A stretch of 64,000 nucleotides of DNA from Candidatus Levyibacteriota bacterium (GTDB taxonomy: Bacteria > Patescibacteriota > Microgenomatia > Levybacterales > UBA12049). The notes beneath the pieces are model-generated. The model ran no database searches and was not told the origin of the DNA. It saw nothing but the letters and a program-made list of their open reading frames with translations. The DNA is taken from positions 1,898 through 65,897 of the forward strand of contig JAUSEW010000021.1 in assembly GCA_030651475.1 (NCBI GenBank). The letters are read 5' to 3'. The position numbers and the translations under genes are program-made. Shown here piece after piece: positions 1 to 9,067 of this stretch; the stretch's first letter is position 1; each line of letters begins with the position of its first letter.

Positions 1-116
1 TTCATCTTCAGAAATTGTGGGAATAAGAAATTTGCCCAACTCTTCTTGACTAACTTCTATCCGGTATGAACTCTCTCTTTCTGGCAAAGTTTTTTTTTGA
101 ATGCTTTCAACCATAA
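1..116 (-). CDS. Partial CDS (N-terminal 38 codons of a gene running off the window start), hypothetical
   Basis: Manual translation of the minus strand from the ATG at 116-114 gives MVESIQKKTLPERESSYRIEVSQEELGKFLIPTISEDE... open to the window edge. It is absent from the ORF track only because fewer than 60 codons lie inside the window. Confidence 0.25.
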
Positions 117-186
117 TTAGGAGTCGATTATAACATATCTCAAATTCAACTTGACATAAAACGCAAAATAATCCAAACTAAATACA

Positions 187-1908
187 ATGAGAAAAACTGC
201 CCTCTTATTTTTTGCTTTCTTTTTATTTCTCACTTTTCATTTCTCATCTCTCATTTCTCCAACATTTGCTCAAACCAAAGCTTCTCCTAGCGCAAATGTT
301 GAAGAAAATGTTCCCAATAATCTTCACAATTGGACGCAAACTGTGATGATTGAGGTAATGAGCGCACTAACCTGCCAGCTTGCGGGTGTTGACCCAATAA
401 ATTCCAAACAATCCTGTCTTGGAATTGATCAAGCAAGCGGAAAAATTGGATTTTTACCATCTCCTCAAACGGGAGGAGCAATTGGCTTTATGGGCAATAT
501 GATCGCAACACTTTATACACCTCCTCTTCATACCGGTGACTATTTCCGAGATCTTGCTTCAAACTTTGGCATAAACAAAAAGGCATACGCGGAAAGCGCG
601 GGAACGGGATTTCAGGGACTTACTCCTCTTATTGGTATTTGGTCTGCTTTTAGAAATATTGTCTATCTTTTCTTAGTAATAGTTTTTGTGGTTATCGGAC
701 TTGCTATCATGCTTAGAGTCAAAATTGATCCGCGGACTGTAATGACGATCCAAAACCAAATTCCCAAAATTATAATAGGAATACTTGTCGTTACTTTCTC
801 CTTCGCCATCGCAGGATTTTTAATTGATTTGATGTGGGTATCTATTTATTTGATATTCGGAATCTTCAGCGGAATTCCAGGTGTAGATGTTGGCAATCTT
901 AATCCTGCTGCTATTCAAGGACAAAACGCCTTACAAGCTGTAGGATTTGATGTTTTTAAAATAACCAGCGATGCATCTGGAGGAATAAAAGACATGATTG
1001 GATCTTTTCTTGGAATTCAAGCTGGTCCAGGATTTATCTTCAATCCCCTTGCCATTATTTGGGACATTGGAGACCCAAAACGCACTGGTAATATCATTAA
1101 CTGGCTTATTGACGGCATCAGTTCTAGCGCTGGTATTGCAGCATTCCTTAATGTAGCTAAGATCCCAATCGTTAACTCTGCAATTCCCGGAATACAAGAA
1201 ATTTTTGGAATTGGTCAAACTGCAGCAAAAACAGCTGTTGGATCCGCATTCTCTCTAAGCGTATTCTCAGGCACAGAGTTTTTGCTTAGAACTGGACTAC
1301 CATGGATTCTTGCATTCTTAATAATTTTTATCGCACTTCTGACTGCTTTATTCAGACTTTGGCTTGCACTAATTATGGCTTATGTTCATATTTTGATTGA
1401 TGTTGTTCTGGCGCCTTTTTGGATTATCGGCGGCATCGTCCCGGGAAGTCCGATTAGTCTTAGCGGATGGATACGGGATCTCGTTGCAAATTTAGCTGCA
1501 TTTCCTGCAGTAATCGGAATGTTTATGCTGGGAAAAGTGTTTATGGAAGCTTTTGGAAAATGTCCGGCAACAAACCCAAATTGTACAGCAGACAATTTTG
1601 TCCCTCCTCTTATAGGAAATCCCGGAGATCCAAGCCTAATTGGATCCCTAATTGGTCTTGGTATTATTCTAATGACTCCAAATGTCGTAAATATGCTGAA
1701 AGCCGCTCTCAAAGCACCAAAGATTGACACTGGCGGAATCGGCAAGGCATTTATGCCAGGCTTGGCTGTACCTGGACGGACAGTTGGCGGAATAGCAGGA
1801 CTCGCATTAGGTACAGCATACGAAAAAGGAGCTCTTGAGAAAGGGTTACCAGCAGGAGAAAGAGCACCTCTTGGAAAATTCCTTAGATCATTTGGATTTA
1901 TGAGATAA
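187..1908 (+). CDS. Polytopic membrane protein, TrbL/VirB6-like (T4SS inner-membrane component) candidate
   Basis: N-terminal signal peptide (MRKTALLFFAFFLFLTFHFSSLISPTFAQ). A ~130-aa soluble segment is followed by at least six hydrophobic helices and a Gly-rich C-terminus. It sits in the T4SS-like cluster with VirB4 and pilins. The family assignment is inference from topology and context. Confidence 0.5.
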   Translation: MRKTALLFFAFFLFLTFHFSSLISPTFAQTKASPSANVEENVPNNLHNWTQTVMIEVMSALTCQLAGVDPINSKQSCLGIDQASGKIGFLPSPQTGGAIGFMGNMIATLYTPPLHTGDYFRDLASNFGINKKAYAESAGTGFQGLTPLIGIWSAFRNIVYLFLVIVFVVIGLAIMLRVKIDPRTVMTIQNQIPKIIIGILVVTFSFAIAGFLIDLMWVSIYLIFGIFSGIPGVDVGNLNPAAIQGQNALQAVGFDVFKITSDASGGIKDMIGSFLGIQAGPGFIFNPLAIIWDIGDPKRTGNIINWLIDGISSSAGIAAFLNVAKIPIVNSAIPGIQEIFGIGQTAAKTAVGSAFSLSVFSGTEFLLRTGLPWILAFLIIFIALLTALFRLWLALIMAYVHILIDVVLAPFWIIGGIVPGSPISLSGWIRDLVANLAAFPAVIGMFMLGKVFMEAFGKCPATNPNCTADNFVPPLIGNPGDPSLIGSLIGLGIILMTPNVVNMLKAALKAPKIDTGGIGKAFMPGLAVPGRTVGGIAGLALGTAYEKGALEKGLPAGERAPLGKFLRSFGFMR

Positions 1909-1914
1909 AATAAT

Positions 1915-4900
1915 CTACTTACTGTCTTTAAAGCTGGATTTTCCTATCATGTAAGTCTCTCCAATAGCTGATAACAATAAATAAAGAAGCAATCTAAATC
2001 CAAATCTTTTCGCAGTATCCCCGGCATTAACCTCTAAGAGATCTTCTAGATCATTGTAGAATTTATGCGATTTCTTTTCGTCTTTTTCAAGTTCTTCTCC
2101 CCACTCTTTAATTTTGTATTTTTTAAAGTCGTCCTCGGATGAATACTTTTTGGCTTCTTCCATATACTCTTCCGACAAGTCACTTTCTAAAAATGCTTTC
2201 GTTTTTTCTCGCATGTCTTCCCTTACTTTACTGATACTAGAAGACAGATATCCACGCAGATGATCAAGGTGCCCCCTTAATTCATCCCTGCTCATTGCCT
2301 TAGCTTGAGGTCCAAAGATTCTTTGAACATCAGATATCGAAACTCTACCCAAAGAAGTAGTTCCAATTATGTCCCACACCATATCCACTTTTGAAAGATT
2401 TAGAAATGTTCCTATTGTATACCTCAAACATTCAGCTTGACCTCTTGCACCAAGCCCATTATAAGATCCCGCAGAAGTAGCAAATTTTATAGCTGCGCCT
2501 GTTTTCTTTTCTATATCTTCATCTCTAATAAACTCAAGTAAAGAGTTCCCAGCCGTAGCTGCATTGCCAGTGTCATTCCATGACCTTGCCAAAGTGTCGC
2601 CGCCGGCGCCGGCTTCTCCAATCATCTTAGAAAGAGGAACATATCCAAGCTTGGATACTCCAAGCTCATCAACGCTGTCAAATTTTTCATCCTCCAATTT
2701 ATCCAGCAAAATATCGTCGATTATAATTGACCTTGTATATATATCTGCAAACTCATTATCTACTAACAAATCGTCTACGAGTTTCTTGTTGAAAATATAT
2801 TCCTGCATTTTTTTAGACAATTTTGCCAACATCTCCCCGCTCCCATTCCCTTTTATGCTATCTACCATTTTTTTCTGCTCAGTAGTCAAATCAGACAAAT
2901 TAATCTGTGTTGGTGTCTGATTGCCTTTTCCATCTTTAAGATCGAACCCTTCTTGTCTTAACAATCCAATTATTGACCCGTATTTTATTTTGAACTTATC
3001 GTAAACCGTAAGATCCCTTCCTCGCCCTCCATCTTCGCTTTCAGGTCTGTTAGCTTCCTTTTCTGTGACTGTGAGATTTAATTCGGGATCTATCCCAACC
3101 ATTTCATCGTATAGCGCCTTGACCCTGTCTCCTTTCCTTTCCCTAAATAACCTAATTATTTCTTCAGGTCTATAATTCTTAATCTTTCCCCATATTCCTT
3201 CTCGGGTTTTCCTTGTTTTATCATTCCCCTTCTCATCTTTTAAGGAAAGTTGATCTTGTCCGGAAAGCCTTAGCCTCATAAATAGAGCGAAATCTTCAGC
3301 TCTTTTTTTTGCCAAAAATATTTTCCTTCCCTGATCGGATTTTAATTGCTGATATTCCTTGAGCTCCTCCTTATTTAACAGCTCTTTATAAGGTTTTCCC
3401 TGAAAGGTCGAAGCTTCAAATCTTTGCTCCAATGCCTGAATTACTCCCTCTATGCGCCACCCAGAAGAGAAAAAGTCAGGAACAGCAAAGAGGTCTCTAA
3501 AAAGTCTTTTTCCCAAATCTATCTTTTGCTGTCTGGTAAGTTCTTTCCCGCTCTCTCCTTGAATCTTCTTTTGCTCTTTTAGATAGGTCTCCGCAATATC
3601 CAACTTTATTCTGTCAACAAATTCTTCCTGCTCAGGACTGTACATATCAAATTTCCCAAACAGCAACTCCTCCATATTGTAGACATTCAGCGGCCCTATT
3701 GGATCTGAGCGATAGCGACCGCCGTCTTTAAGTAAATATTTTCCCCTTGAAACTATAACGCCCATTCTTTGAGAAGAAACAAAAACATCATAAGCTGTTC
3801 TTACTATTCTAGTAATATCTCCATTTACTTTTTTTATCCTTTTTATCCTACCCAATCTTTCTAATTTCTTATTCGCCTCTGCCCTCTCGACATCTGTTAG
3901 TTTCCCAGCCAACGCCTCCCCTATTGTCTTTTCATCCCTCTTGATCTTTAAATCCGTCATCTCCTCATCTCGGGTTGCTGATATGAAATCAGCTTGATAC
4001 TCGGGCTTTTTCGCTATATTGCTTAGGTCATCAAAGCCTCCTTTTCCATTTTTTGCCAACTCCAACTGCTCCTCAATCAATGCTTTTTGTACTTTTAATG
4101 CGTCTTCAAGCATGACATGGTGCCTTTTGTTACTCCAAAGCCTAGTTCCTTCCAATAAATCTTGAAATCTGTTAAACATTGCCCCTACTTTACCTTGCTC
4201 CAATGCCATTCCCAATAATAGACCGTGTGCTCTAAGTTGCCCTGCCGCTCCCTTAACTTGCTCTAGGTCTTTGTACCCAATCGCCGTTCTCATTTGTAAA
4301 AGATGTAGGCGAACAGTCGACTCAGCGATAAAGGACTTTAAGTGCTCCGGATTAGAAGCATTAATAAGATCAATTGCATAAGATATTTTGTTTTGCGTAT
4401 TTTGAATCAGCGGTGAGCTTAGTTCCTGCCCCTCTTCGGCCAGCGCGTATACATGATCAAACTGCCCATTCAGCCATTCCATTGGCGTTGTCATAAGCGC
4501 ATCCATCTCCTCTTTCATAAGAGATAAGCCAAATCTGTAGGTTATATCCTGCTTTCCCTGAAATTTCGCCTGCGCCCTTTCCCCAATCTCTTTTTCCTCA
4601 ATTAGTCTTTTCTTAATTCTAGCTATGGCAATCTGCTTTTCGGCAGGATTAACACCTACGAGCTTACTGATGCTATTCAAAGCATCCAGGAACACATTCA
4701 AAGAAGGCTGTACTCCCACGTCAAGCGCATTATTCATTGCTTCCATTTCTGCAACAATTGCAGGATCACTAATTACTGCTTTATCAGCGGCATCTTCTGC
4801 TCCGGCAGGTGACACAGGAGGGGCTGGAGATTCTTCTGCACCAGGAGCATCTGCTCCCCCCATAATTGGACCAAGTCCTCTTTTGATCATTTCCCTTTTA

Positions 4901-5172
4901 ACATACTCCTCCTCAAAAGTAGGAGTTTTCCCTTTATTTGCTTCTTCCCAAGCTTTTCTAGCCACAGTTTGTCTTTCCGCAGAAACAGGTTTTTTCATGC
5001 CTGATCTTGAAGCTTGAGGGGCTTCGAAATTTGTTGGTTGTGAATTAGGAGGCGTATCGGATTTTCCTTCCATAAAAATCTTTCCATCCTTAGAATACCC
5101 TTCTCGTGCTTGTGTTGTCAACTCACGAGTTGATGCTGAGTTTTGTCGAAGCATCAAATCAAATTCTTTCAT
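1915..5172 (-). CDS. Large (1085 aa) charged/coiled-coil-rich hypothetical protein with a C-terminal hydrophobic tail anchor
   Basis: Long uninterrupted ORF, rich in K/E/D/R, with no N-terminal signal peptide. The last ~25 residues form a hydrophobic segment (FRLLLYLLLSAIGETYMI). It lies in an apparent operon with the AAA ATPase upstream. I recognise no motif. Confidence 0.55.
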   Translation of the reverse strand: MKEFDLMLRQNSASTRELTTQAREGYSKDGKIFMEGKSDTPPNSQPTNFEAPQASRSGMKKPVSAERQTVARKAWEEANKGKTPTFEEEYVKREMIKRGLGPIMGGADAPGAEESPAPPVSPAGAEDAADKAVISDPAIVAEMEAMNNALDVGVQPSLNVFLDALNSISKLVGVNPAEKQIAIARIKKRLIEEKEIGERAQAKFQGKQDITYRFGLSLMKEEMDALMTTPMEWLNGQFDHVYALAEEGQELSSPLIQNTQNKISYAIDLINASNPEHLKSFIAESTVRLHLLQMRTAIGYKDLEQVKGAAGQLRAHGLLLGMALEQGKVGAMFNRFQDLLEGTRLWSNKRHHVMLEDALKVQKALIEEQLELAKNGKGGFDDLSNIAKKPEYQADFISATRDEEMTDLKIKRDEKTIGEALAGKLTDVERAEANKKLERLGRIKRIKKVNGDITRIVRTAYDVFVSSQRMGVIVSRGKYLLKDGGRYRSDPIGPLNVYNMEELLFGKFDMYSPEQEEFVDRIKLDIAETYLKEQKKIQGESGKELTRQQKIDLGKRLFRDLFAVPDFFSSGWRIEGVIQALEQRFEASTFQGKPYKELLNKEELKEYQQLKSDQGRKIFLAKKRAEDFALFMRLRLSGQDQLSLKDEKGNDKTRKTREGIWGKIKNYRPEEIIRLFRERKGDRVKALYDEMVGIDPELNLTVTEKEANRPESEDGGRGRDLTVYDKFKIKYGSIIGLLRQEGFDLKDGKGNQTPTQINLSDLTTEQKKMVDSIKGNGSGEMLAKLSKKMQEYIFNKKLVDDLLVDNEFADIYTRSIIIDDILLDKLEDEKFDSVDELGVSKLGYVPLSKMIGEAGAGGDTLARSWNDTGNAATAGNSLLEFIRDEDIEKKTGAAIKFATSAGSYNGLGARGQAECLRYTIGTFLNLSKVDMVWDIIGTTSLGRVSISDVQRIFGPQAKAMSRDELRGHLDHLRGYLSSSISKVREDMREKTKAFLESDLSEEYMEEAKKYSSEDDFKKYKIKEWGEELEKDEKKSHKFYNDLEDLLEVNAGDTAKRFGFRLLLYLLLSAIGETYMIGKSSFKDSK

Positions 5173-5266
5173 ACGCCCGCAGTTTACCCCTTAAACATCA
5201 ATAAATCTTGACATTTCAACCTGACATTTACTAGACAGCAGAAATTAAGCAATAGGAGACTGAATT

Positions 5267-6427
5267 CTAGATGAAGTCAAAGAAATTTTCCGTAGTAATG
5301 AGTTTTACCTTTGTGCTATATTGTTTCGTAAAAGAGACCGCTCCCCGGCTGATGCGGCCGTCTGAATATTTAAACTCGTACGCGGCAAGTTTTTGACTTG
5401 GAAGGGCTTCTATGTAATCTACCTCTGCCCCGCCGTAACTTCTCCAGAAATATAAAGAAACAGGTTTTGCCTGATTTGCAAACTTTTTCATGCGTTCTAT
5501 GAAAAGGAAGTTTTCCCATAAAAAACCGACATCTCTGCGAATTGCGACAGGATTAAAATCTCCGATAAGAGCATTTCGTATACCAAGATCGGAAAAATAT
5601 ATTTTATAGTTTCTTCCTATTTCACGTCTTGGATTTTTAGAAAATGGATGCACGCGAACTATAACGAACGCTTTTTCAAGAATATCTAAATACGATACGA
5701 CTGTTTTTCTGTCAATTTTAAGCCGTGTTGCCAGCTCGTTTTCATTTACTTCCGATCCTACTTGGTAGGCAAGAGCTTTTGCGAGATCCTTTACCGCTTG
5801 TGAGTTTCTAATTCTTTGAAACGATAGAATATCTGCAAACAGGTAGCTTTCTACAATTTTCCTAAGCATAAGCTCTTTGTTCTCGGGATGATTCTCTAAA
5901 TAAATCTCGGGATAAAATCCATACAAAAGGGTTTGCGGCAAGAGAGACTGAGCATATTCTTTCTGTAAAATTTTATTTTGGGAATTCGCTGAATAAGACA
6001 AGACTTCACTAAAAGAAAGAGGAAAAAGAGTAAAGTCAATATATCTTCCCGTTAGGGCATCACTCATTTTATTTTTTAACTCAAAACTCGATGAGCCCGT
6101 AACGATAATCGTATTGTTTGGAAAATTGTCGTAGAGTATCTTGAGGGTTAGACCCGGATTCTCAAGTCTTTGCGCTTCGTCAATTAGAAGAGCTTGAGTG
6201 TTTTTCAAAAGTTTTTCAAGTAAAACTTTGGATGTGGTATTCACAGCGTTTCTCTCCTCATCACTGTCGCAATTAAGATAAAGAGTTTTCTTGCCCGATT
6301 CGGCTAATTTCTGCTGTATCTTTTTTATAATGGTTGTTTTGCCTACTTGCCGCGCACCAAGTATAAGAATAATTTTCTTAAGTTCCAGGCTCTTTAAAAT
6401 AGCTTCTTCCATTAATCTTGGGATCAT
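5267..6427 (-). CDS. AAA+ ATPase (COG1373 / DUF4143-type)
   Basis: Walker A ILGARQVGKTTI near the N-terminus, Walker B-like LLIDEAQRL and a ~390-aa length typical of this archaeal-type ATPase family. Confidence 0.75.
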   Translation of the reverse strand: MIPRLMEEAILKSLELKKIILILGARQVGKTTIIKKIQQKLAESGKKTLYLNCDSDEERNAVNTTSKVLLEKLLKNTQALLIDEAQRLENPGLTLKILYDNFPNNTIIVTGSSSFELKNKMSDALTGRYIDFTLFPLSFSEVLSYSANSQNKILQKEYAQSLLPQTLLYGFYPEIYLENHPENKELMLRKIVESYLFADILSFQRIRNSQAVKDLAKALAYQVGSEVNENELATRLKIDRKTVVSYLDILEKAFVIVRVHPFSKNPRREIGRNYKIYFSDLGIRNALIGDFNPVAIRRDVGFLWENFLFIERMKKFANQAKPVSLYFWRSYGGAEVDYIEALPSQKLAAYEFKYSDGRISRGAVSFTKQYSTKVKLITTENFFDFI

Positions 6428-6523
6428 GTTCCTATTATTAGCACTAATTTAGGAATTTGTCAAGTGCTAGTAAACAAATACCGTATACTTGCAAAAATTC
6501 CCAAAACTGTCTACGATTGAAGA

Positions 6524-7768
6524 GTGAGAAAGGTAATATTTTTATTTTCAAGCCTACTTATTTCCTTCTTATTCTTCGTATCGTGGAATAATAAAGCTTA
6601 TGCGGAGAATTGCCCTCTAAGTATTGATCGAACAACGCCATTCCCTCTTGATTTTAATGAGGACATAGTAATTAAAGGTAATTGTTTCACTAGCGGAAAA
6701 ACATACACTATCTTAGGATATCCTTCAAAGATAGACCCTTCTCCTGGAGAGTATTTTAAGTACTCCATAGATACAAGACAATATTCAGATCCAAATAGTA
6801 TTACCGCACGACTCAATCTGACAAAACCTACCTTTTACCCAATAGGTAGCCTTAATCCTGGACCGTGGATTATAAAAGTCTGCACTCAAGATGTTCTTCC
6901 CCAATGTGGAGAAACAGGTAGAATCGTAGGGACTATTAATATTAACGTTTCTGCAGTTTCTGCAGTTTCTGCACCTACTCCAACACCAATTCCATCGAAT
7001 TTACCAAAAGTTGCTATGTTTCCTTCACGATGTAAGTATCAATCTGATGAATCTTTAGAATTGACGCTCTCTGATCTTTTACCTAAAACTACATATCGTT
7101 GGTGGTGGTGGCAACCAGGAATCTTTCAAGGAGGAGATATAGCCGCAAGAGCATTTACTACATATCAACAGAACGGAACAGTGGCAAAAGCAACGATAGA
7201 AGGGAAAGAAACGCAACCAACTGGTAGCCGCACGCTTTGTGTTGATGTTGAAGGATTTGGCGTTGCTCGTTGTATTCCTGGTTCACAAAATTCAGCAACG
7301 CTACAATTTACGTTTGGTCCGCCGCCAGTTGATGGTTCTGCTTGTGTCACAACAGCAGCAGGAGGACAAGTTCCGCAGAATATACCTACTCCAACGCCCA
7401 TCATCCCAACACCTATATGCGCGAAGGGTGCCATAACTCCCATAAAAGAATCTGTAAATTCAACAAATGTTATTGGCTATACTTGTTCTGCCGTAGATAC
7501 TGGACTTGGCATTGATATCAAAACTAATCCCGAAGATTTGGTGAAGAGTGTTTTTGGAATAATTTTAAGCCTTTCCGGCGGAATTGCTTTAATTCTAATT
7601 ATTATTTCCGGCTATCAACTTATCTTTTCCCAGGGAAATCCCGAACAGGTTAAAGCAGCCCAAGAACAGCTGACTTCCGCAGTTGTCGGGCTTTTGTTTA
7701 TAATATTCTCATTGGTAATTCTACAAATAATCGGAGCAGACATTTTGAAAATCCCAGGCTTTAAGTGA
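6524..7768 (+). CDS. Secreted protein with C-terminal VirB2/TrbC-like pilin domain (pilin-ectodomain fusion)
   Basis: GTG start and a signal peptide. A ~330-aa Cys-containing N-terminal domain carries PTPTPIP linkers and a W-rich patch. The C-terminal ~70 aa (GIILSLSGGIALILIIISGYQLIFSQGNPEQVKAAQEQLTSAVVGLLFIIFSLVILQII) aligns with the four downstream pilin paralogs. Confidence 0.6.
   Translation: MRKVIFLFSSLLISFLFFVSWNNKAYAENCPLSIDRTTPFPLDFNEDIVIKGNCFTSGKTYTILGYPSKIDPSPGEYFKYSIDTRQYSDPNSITARLNLTKPTFYPIGSLNPGPWIIKVCTQDVLPQCGETGRIVGTININVSAVSAVSAPTPTPIPSNLPKVAMFPSRCKYQSDESLELTLSDLLPKTTYRWWWWQPGIFQGGDIAARAFTTYQQNGTVAKATIEGKETQPTGSRTLCVDVEGFGVARCIPGSQNSATLQFTFGPPPVDGSACVTTAAGGQVPQNIPTPTPIIPTPICAKGAITPIKESVNSTNVIGYTCSAVDTGLGIDIKTNPEDLVKSVFGIILSLSGGIALILIIISGYQLIFSQGNPEQVKAAQEQLTSAVVGLLFIIFSLVILQIIGADILKIPGFK
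6947..6973 (+). repeat. In-frame tandem repeat (GTTTCTGCA)x3 encoding VSAVSAVSA inside ORF 6524-7768
   Basis: Three exact 9-bp units seen directly. Confidence 0.9.
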
Positions 7769-7775
7769 CAACTAT

Positions 7776-7799
7776 AGCGTTTAGTTAGGGAGCGTTTAG
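7776..7799. repeat. Two direct copies of AGCGTTTAG (left arm of the inverted repeat flanking the four-helix-bundle gene)
   Basis: AGCGTTTAG lies at 7776-7784 and 7791-7799. Its reverse complement CTAAACGCT occurs twice on the other side of the gene (8189-8197 and 8212-8220). Confidence 0.7.
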
Positions 7800-7830
7800 C
7801 GGATAGTTGGGGAGCTCTTAATGTCTAGTT

Positions 7831-8199
7831 ATGGCGTATATAGCAACTTACAAAGAATTAATTGTATGGAAAAAGGCAATTGAATTAGTAAAAGAAATTT
7901 ATCTTTTGACAGAAAAATTTCCCAGATCGGAGATTTACGGAATAATTTCCCAAATGCGGCGAGCGGCTGTATCTATCCCTTCAAATATTGCCGAAGGTTA
8001 CGGGAGAAAATCCCCCAAAGAATATGCGCAATTTTATTCCATAGCCTACGGTTCTGGTCTTGAGCTTGAAACACAACTTATTATTAGCAAAGACCTTAAG
8101 TTCGTTAAATTACAAGATTTTACAAAAAGCGATAATCTATTAACAGAGGTCTTAAAAATGTTACGCTCAATGTTGTATACTATGAGAACTAAACGCTAG
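7831..8199 (+). CDS. Four-helix-bundle protein (23S rRNA intervening-sequence protein family, PF05635-like)
   Basis: 122 aa. The sequence ...ELIVWKKAIELVKEIYLLTEKFPRSEIYGIISQMRRAAVSIPSNIAEGYGRKSPKEYAQFYSIAYGSGLELETQL... matches the characteristic family motif. Confidence 0.85.
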   Translation: MAYIATYKELIVWKKAIELVKEIYLLTEKFPRSEIYGIISQMRRAAVSIPSNIAEGYGRKSPKEYAQFYSIAYGSGLELETQLIISKDLKFVKLQDFTKSDNLLTEVLKMLRSMLYTMRTKR

Positions 8200-8220
8200 A
8201 CGCTTAGAAAACTAAACGCT
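8189..8220. repeat. Two copies of CTAAACGCT (right arm, reverse complement of the left arm)
   Basis: Seen directly at 8189-8197 (overlapping the stop codon) and 8212-8220. Together with 7776-7799 they bracket a 445-bp cassette. Confidence 0.7.
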
Positions 8221-8224
8221 AATT

Positions 8225-8569
8225 ATGAAGCTTGCACAATTTTCCTTACCAGGTTACCCAGATATAAAAGTTCCGAGCGATATACAAAATTTATCAGGAG
8301 GAGCTTATGGCGGCAGTTTAATTACAACAGCCCTGGCTATCCTTTTTGTTTTTGGAATTGTTTTGACAATTATTCTTCTAATCTATTCCGGCATCCAATG
8401 GGTCACATCCGAAGGAGACAAACAGAAGATACAGGCCGCACGATCAAGGCTTATTTATACGATAGTTGGATTTTTGATAATTGCCGGTTCACTTGTTATT
8501 GTAAGTGTAATCGTAAGATTACTTGGCGGAGATCCTAAATTTTTCTTAAATACCTCAAATACCCCTTGA
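8225..8569 (+). CDS. VirB2/TrbC-like T4SS pilin paralog
   Basis: Small protein with a TM helix followed by IYSGIQWVTSEGDKQKIQAARSRLIYTIVGFLIIAGSLVIV. The motif is shared with ORFs 8602, 9068, 9578 and the C-terminus of 6524. Confidence 0.6.
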   Translation: MKLAQFSLPGYPDIKVPSDIQNLSGGAYGGSLITTALAILFVFGIVLTIILLIYSGIQWVTSEGDKQKIQAARSRLIYTIVGFLIIAGSLVIVSVIVRLLGGDPKFFLNTSNTP

Positions 8570-8601
8570 CAAATAAATAGAATCTGCTTATTATAAGGTC
8601 A

Positions 8602-9012
8602 ATGAGGAAATCTTTAGGCTTTATTAGCGCTTTATCATTATATGCTAGCTCTGCCTTTTTAGCTATAGCACAAGGAGCAGCACCTAAGGGAGATGTTTCA
8701 ATACCGATAGTAGTTCCAACTGGCGCCCTTCCCTTAGACCTAGATATCGGTAAATTACCTCAATTTATCATAACCCTTCTTTTTATAGTTGGTGTTATTA
8801 TTGCTATCGCATTTTTAATTTACGGAGGTATTAAATGGGTTATGTCAGGCGGAGACAAAGCAGGAGTTGAGGCAGCCAGAAATCATATTGTTGCAGCCAT
8901 TATCGGGTTGGTAATAATTGCAGCAGCCTTCTTTATTATTCAGGTTGTTTTTAGACTTCTTGGAACATCTCTCGACATAAGCACGCTAACCATTCCCACC
9001 CTTAAACAATAA
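8602..9012 (+). CDS. VirB2/TrbC-like T4SS pilin paralog
   Basis: Signal peptide, then LIYGGIKWVMSGGDKAGVEAARNHIVAAIIGLVIIAAAFFII. It is near-identical at nucleotide level to the next paralog over ~110 bp. Confidence 0.6.
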   Translation: MRKSLGFISALSLYASSAFLAIAQGAAPKGDVSIPIVVPTGALPLDLDIGKLPQFIITLLFIVGVIIAIAFLIYGGIKWVMSGGDKAGVEAARNHIVAAIIGLVIIAAAFFIIQVVFRLLGTSLDISTLTIPTLKQ

Positions 9013-9067
9013 GAGCGCATCTTGATTTTAATTGATTTTCGTTTCTTGATTTGCTAAAGTAGTATTT

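Noticed and set aside
287-1745. Antisense or alternative-frame ORFs inside the VirB6-like gene (287-481 -, 931-1218 -, 1386-1745 -, 1467-1727 +)
   Set aside because: They are fully embedded in a longer ORF that has coherent membrane-protein features. They are short with odd composition, typical spurious shadow ORFs.
2564-5017. Plus-strand ORFs 2564-2920 and 4625-5017 inside the 1085-aa minus-strand gene
   Set aside because: Low-complexity S/P/A-rich translations produced by the antisense frame of a K/E-rich gene. No independent support.
6947-6973. Possible CRISPR-like short repeat
   Set aside because: Only three contiguous 9-bp units with no spacers, in-frame within a coding sequence. It is a simple coding tandem repeat. 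No CRISPR array was seen anywhere in the window.
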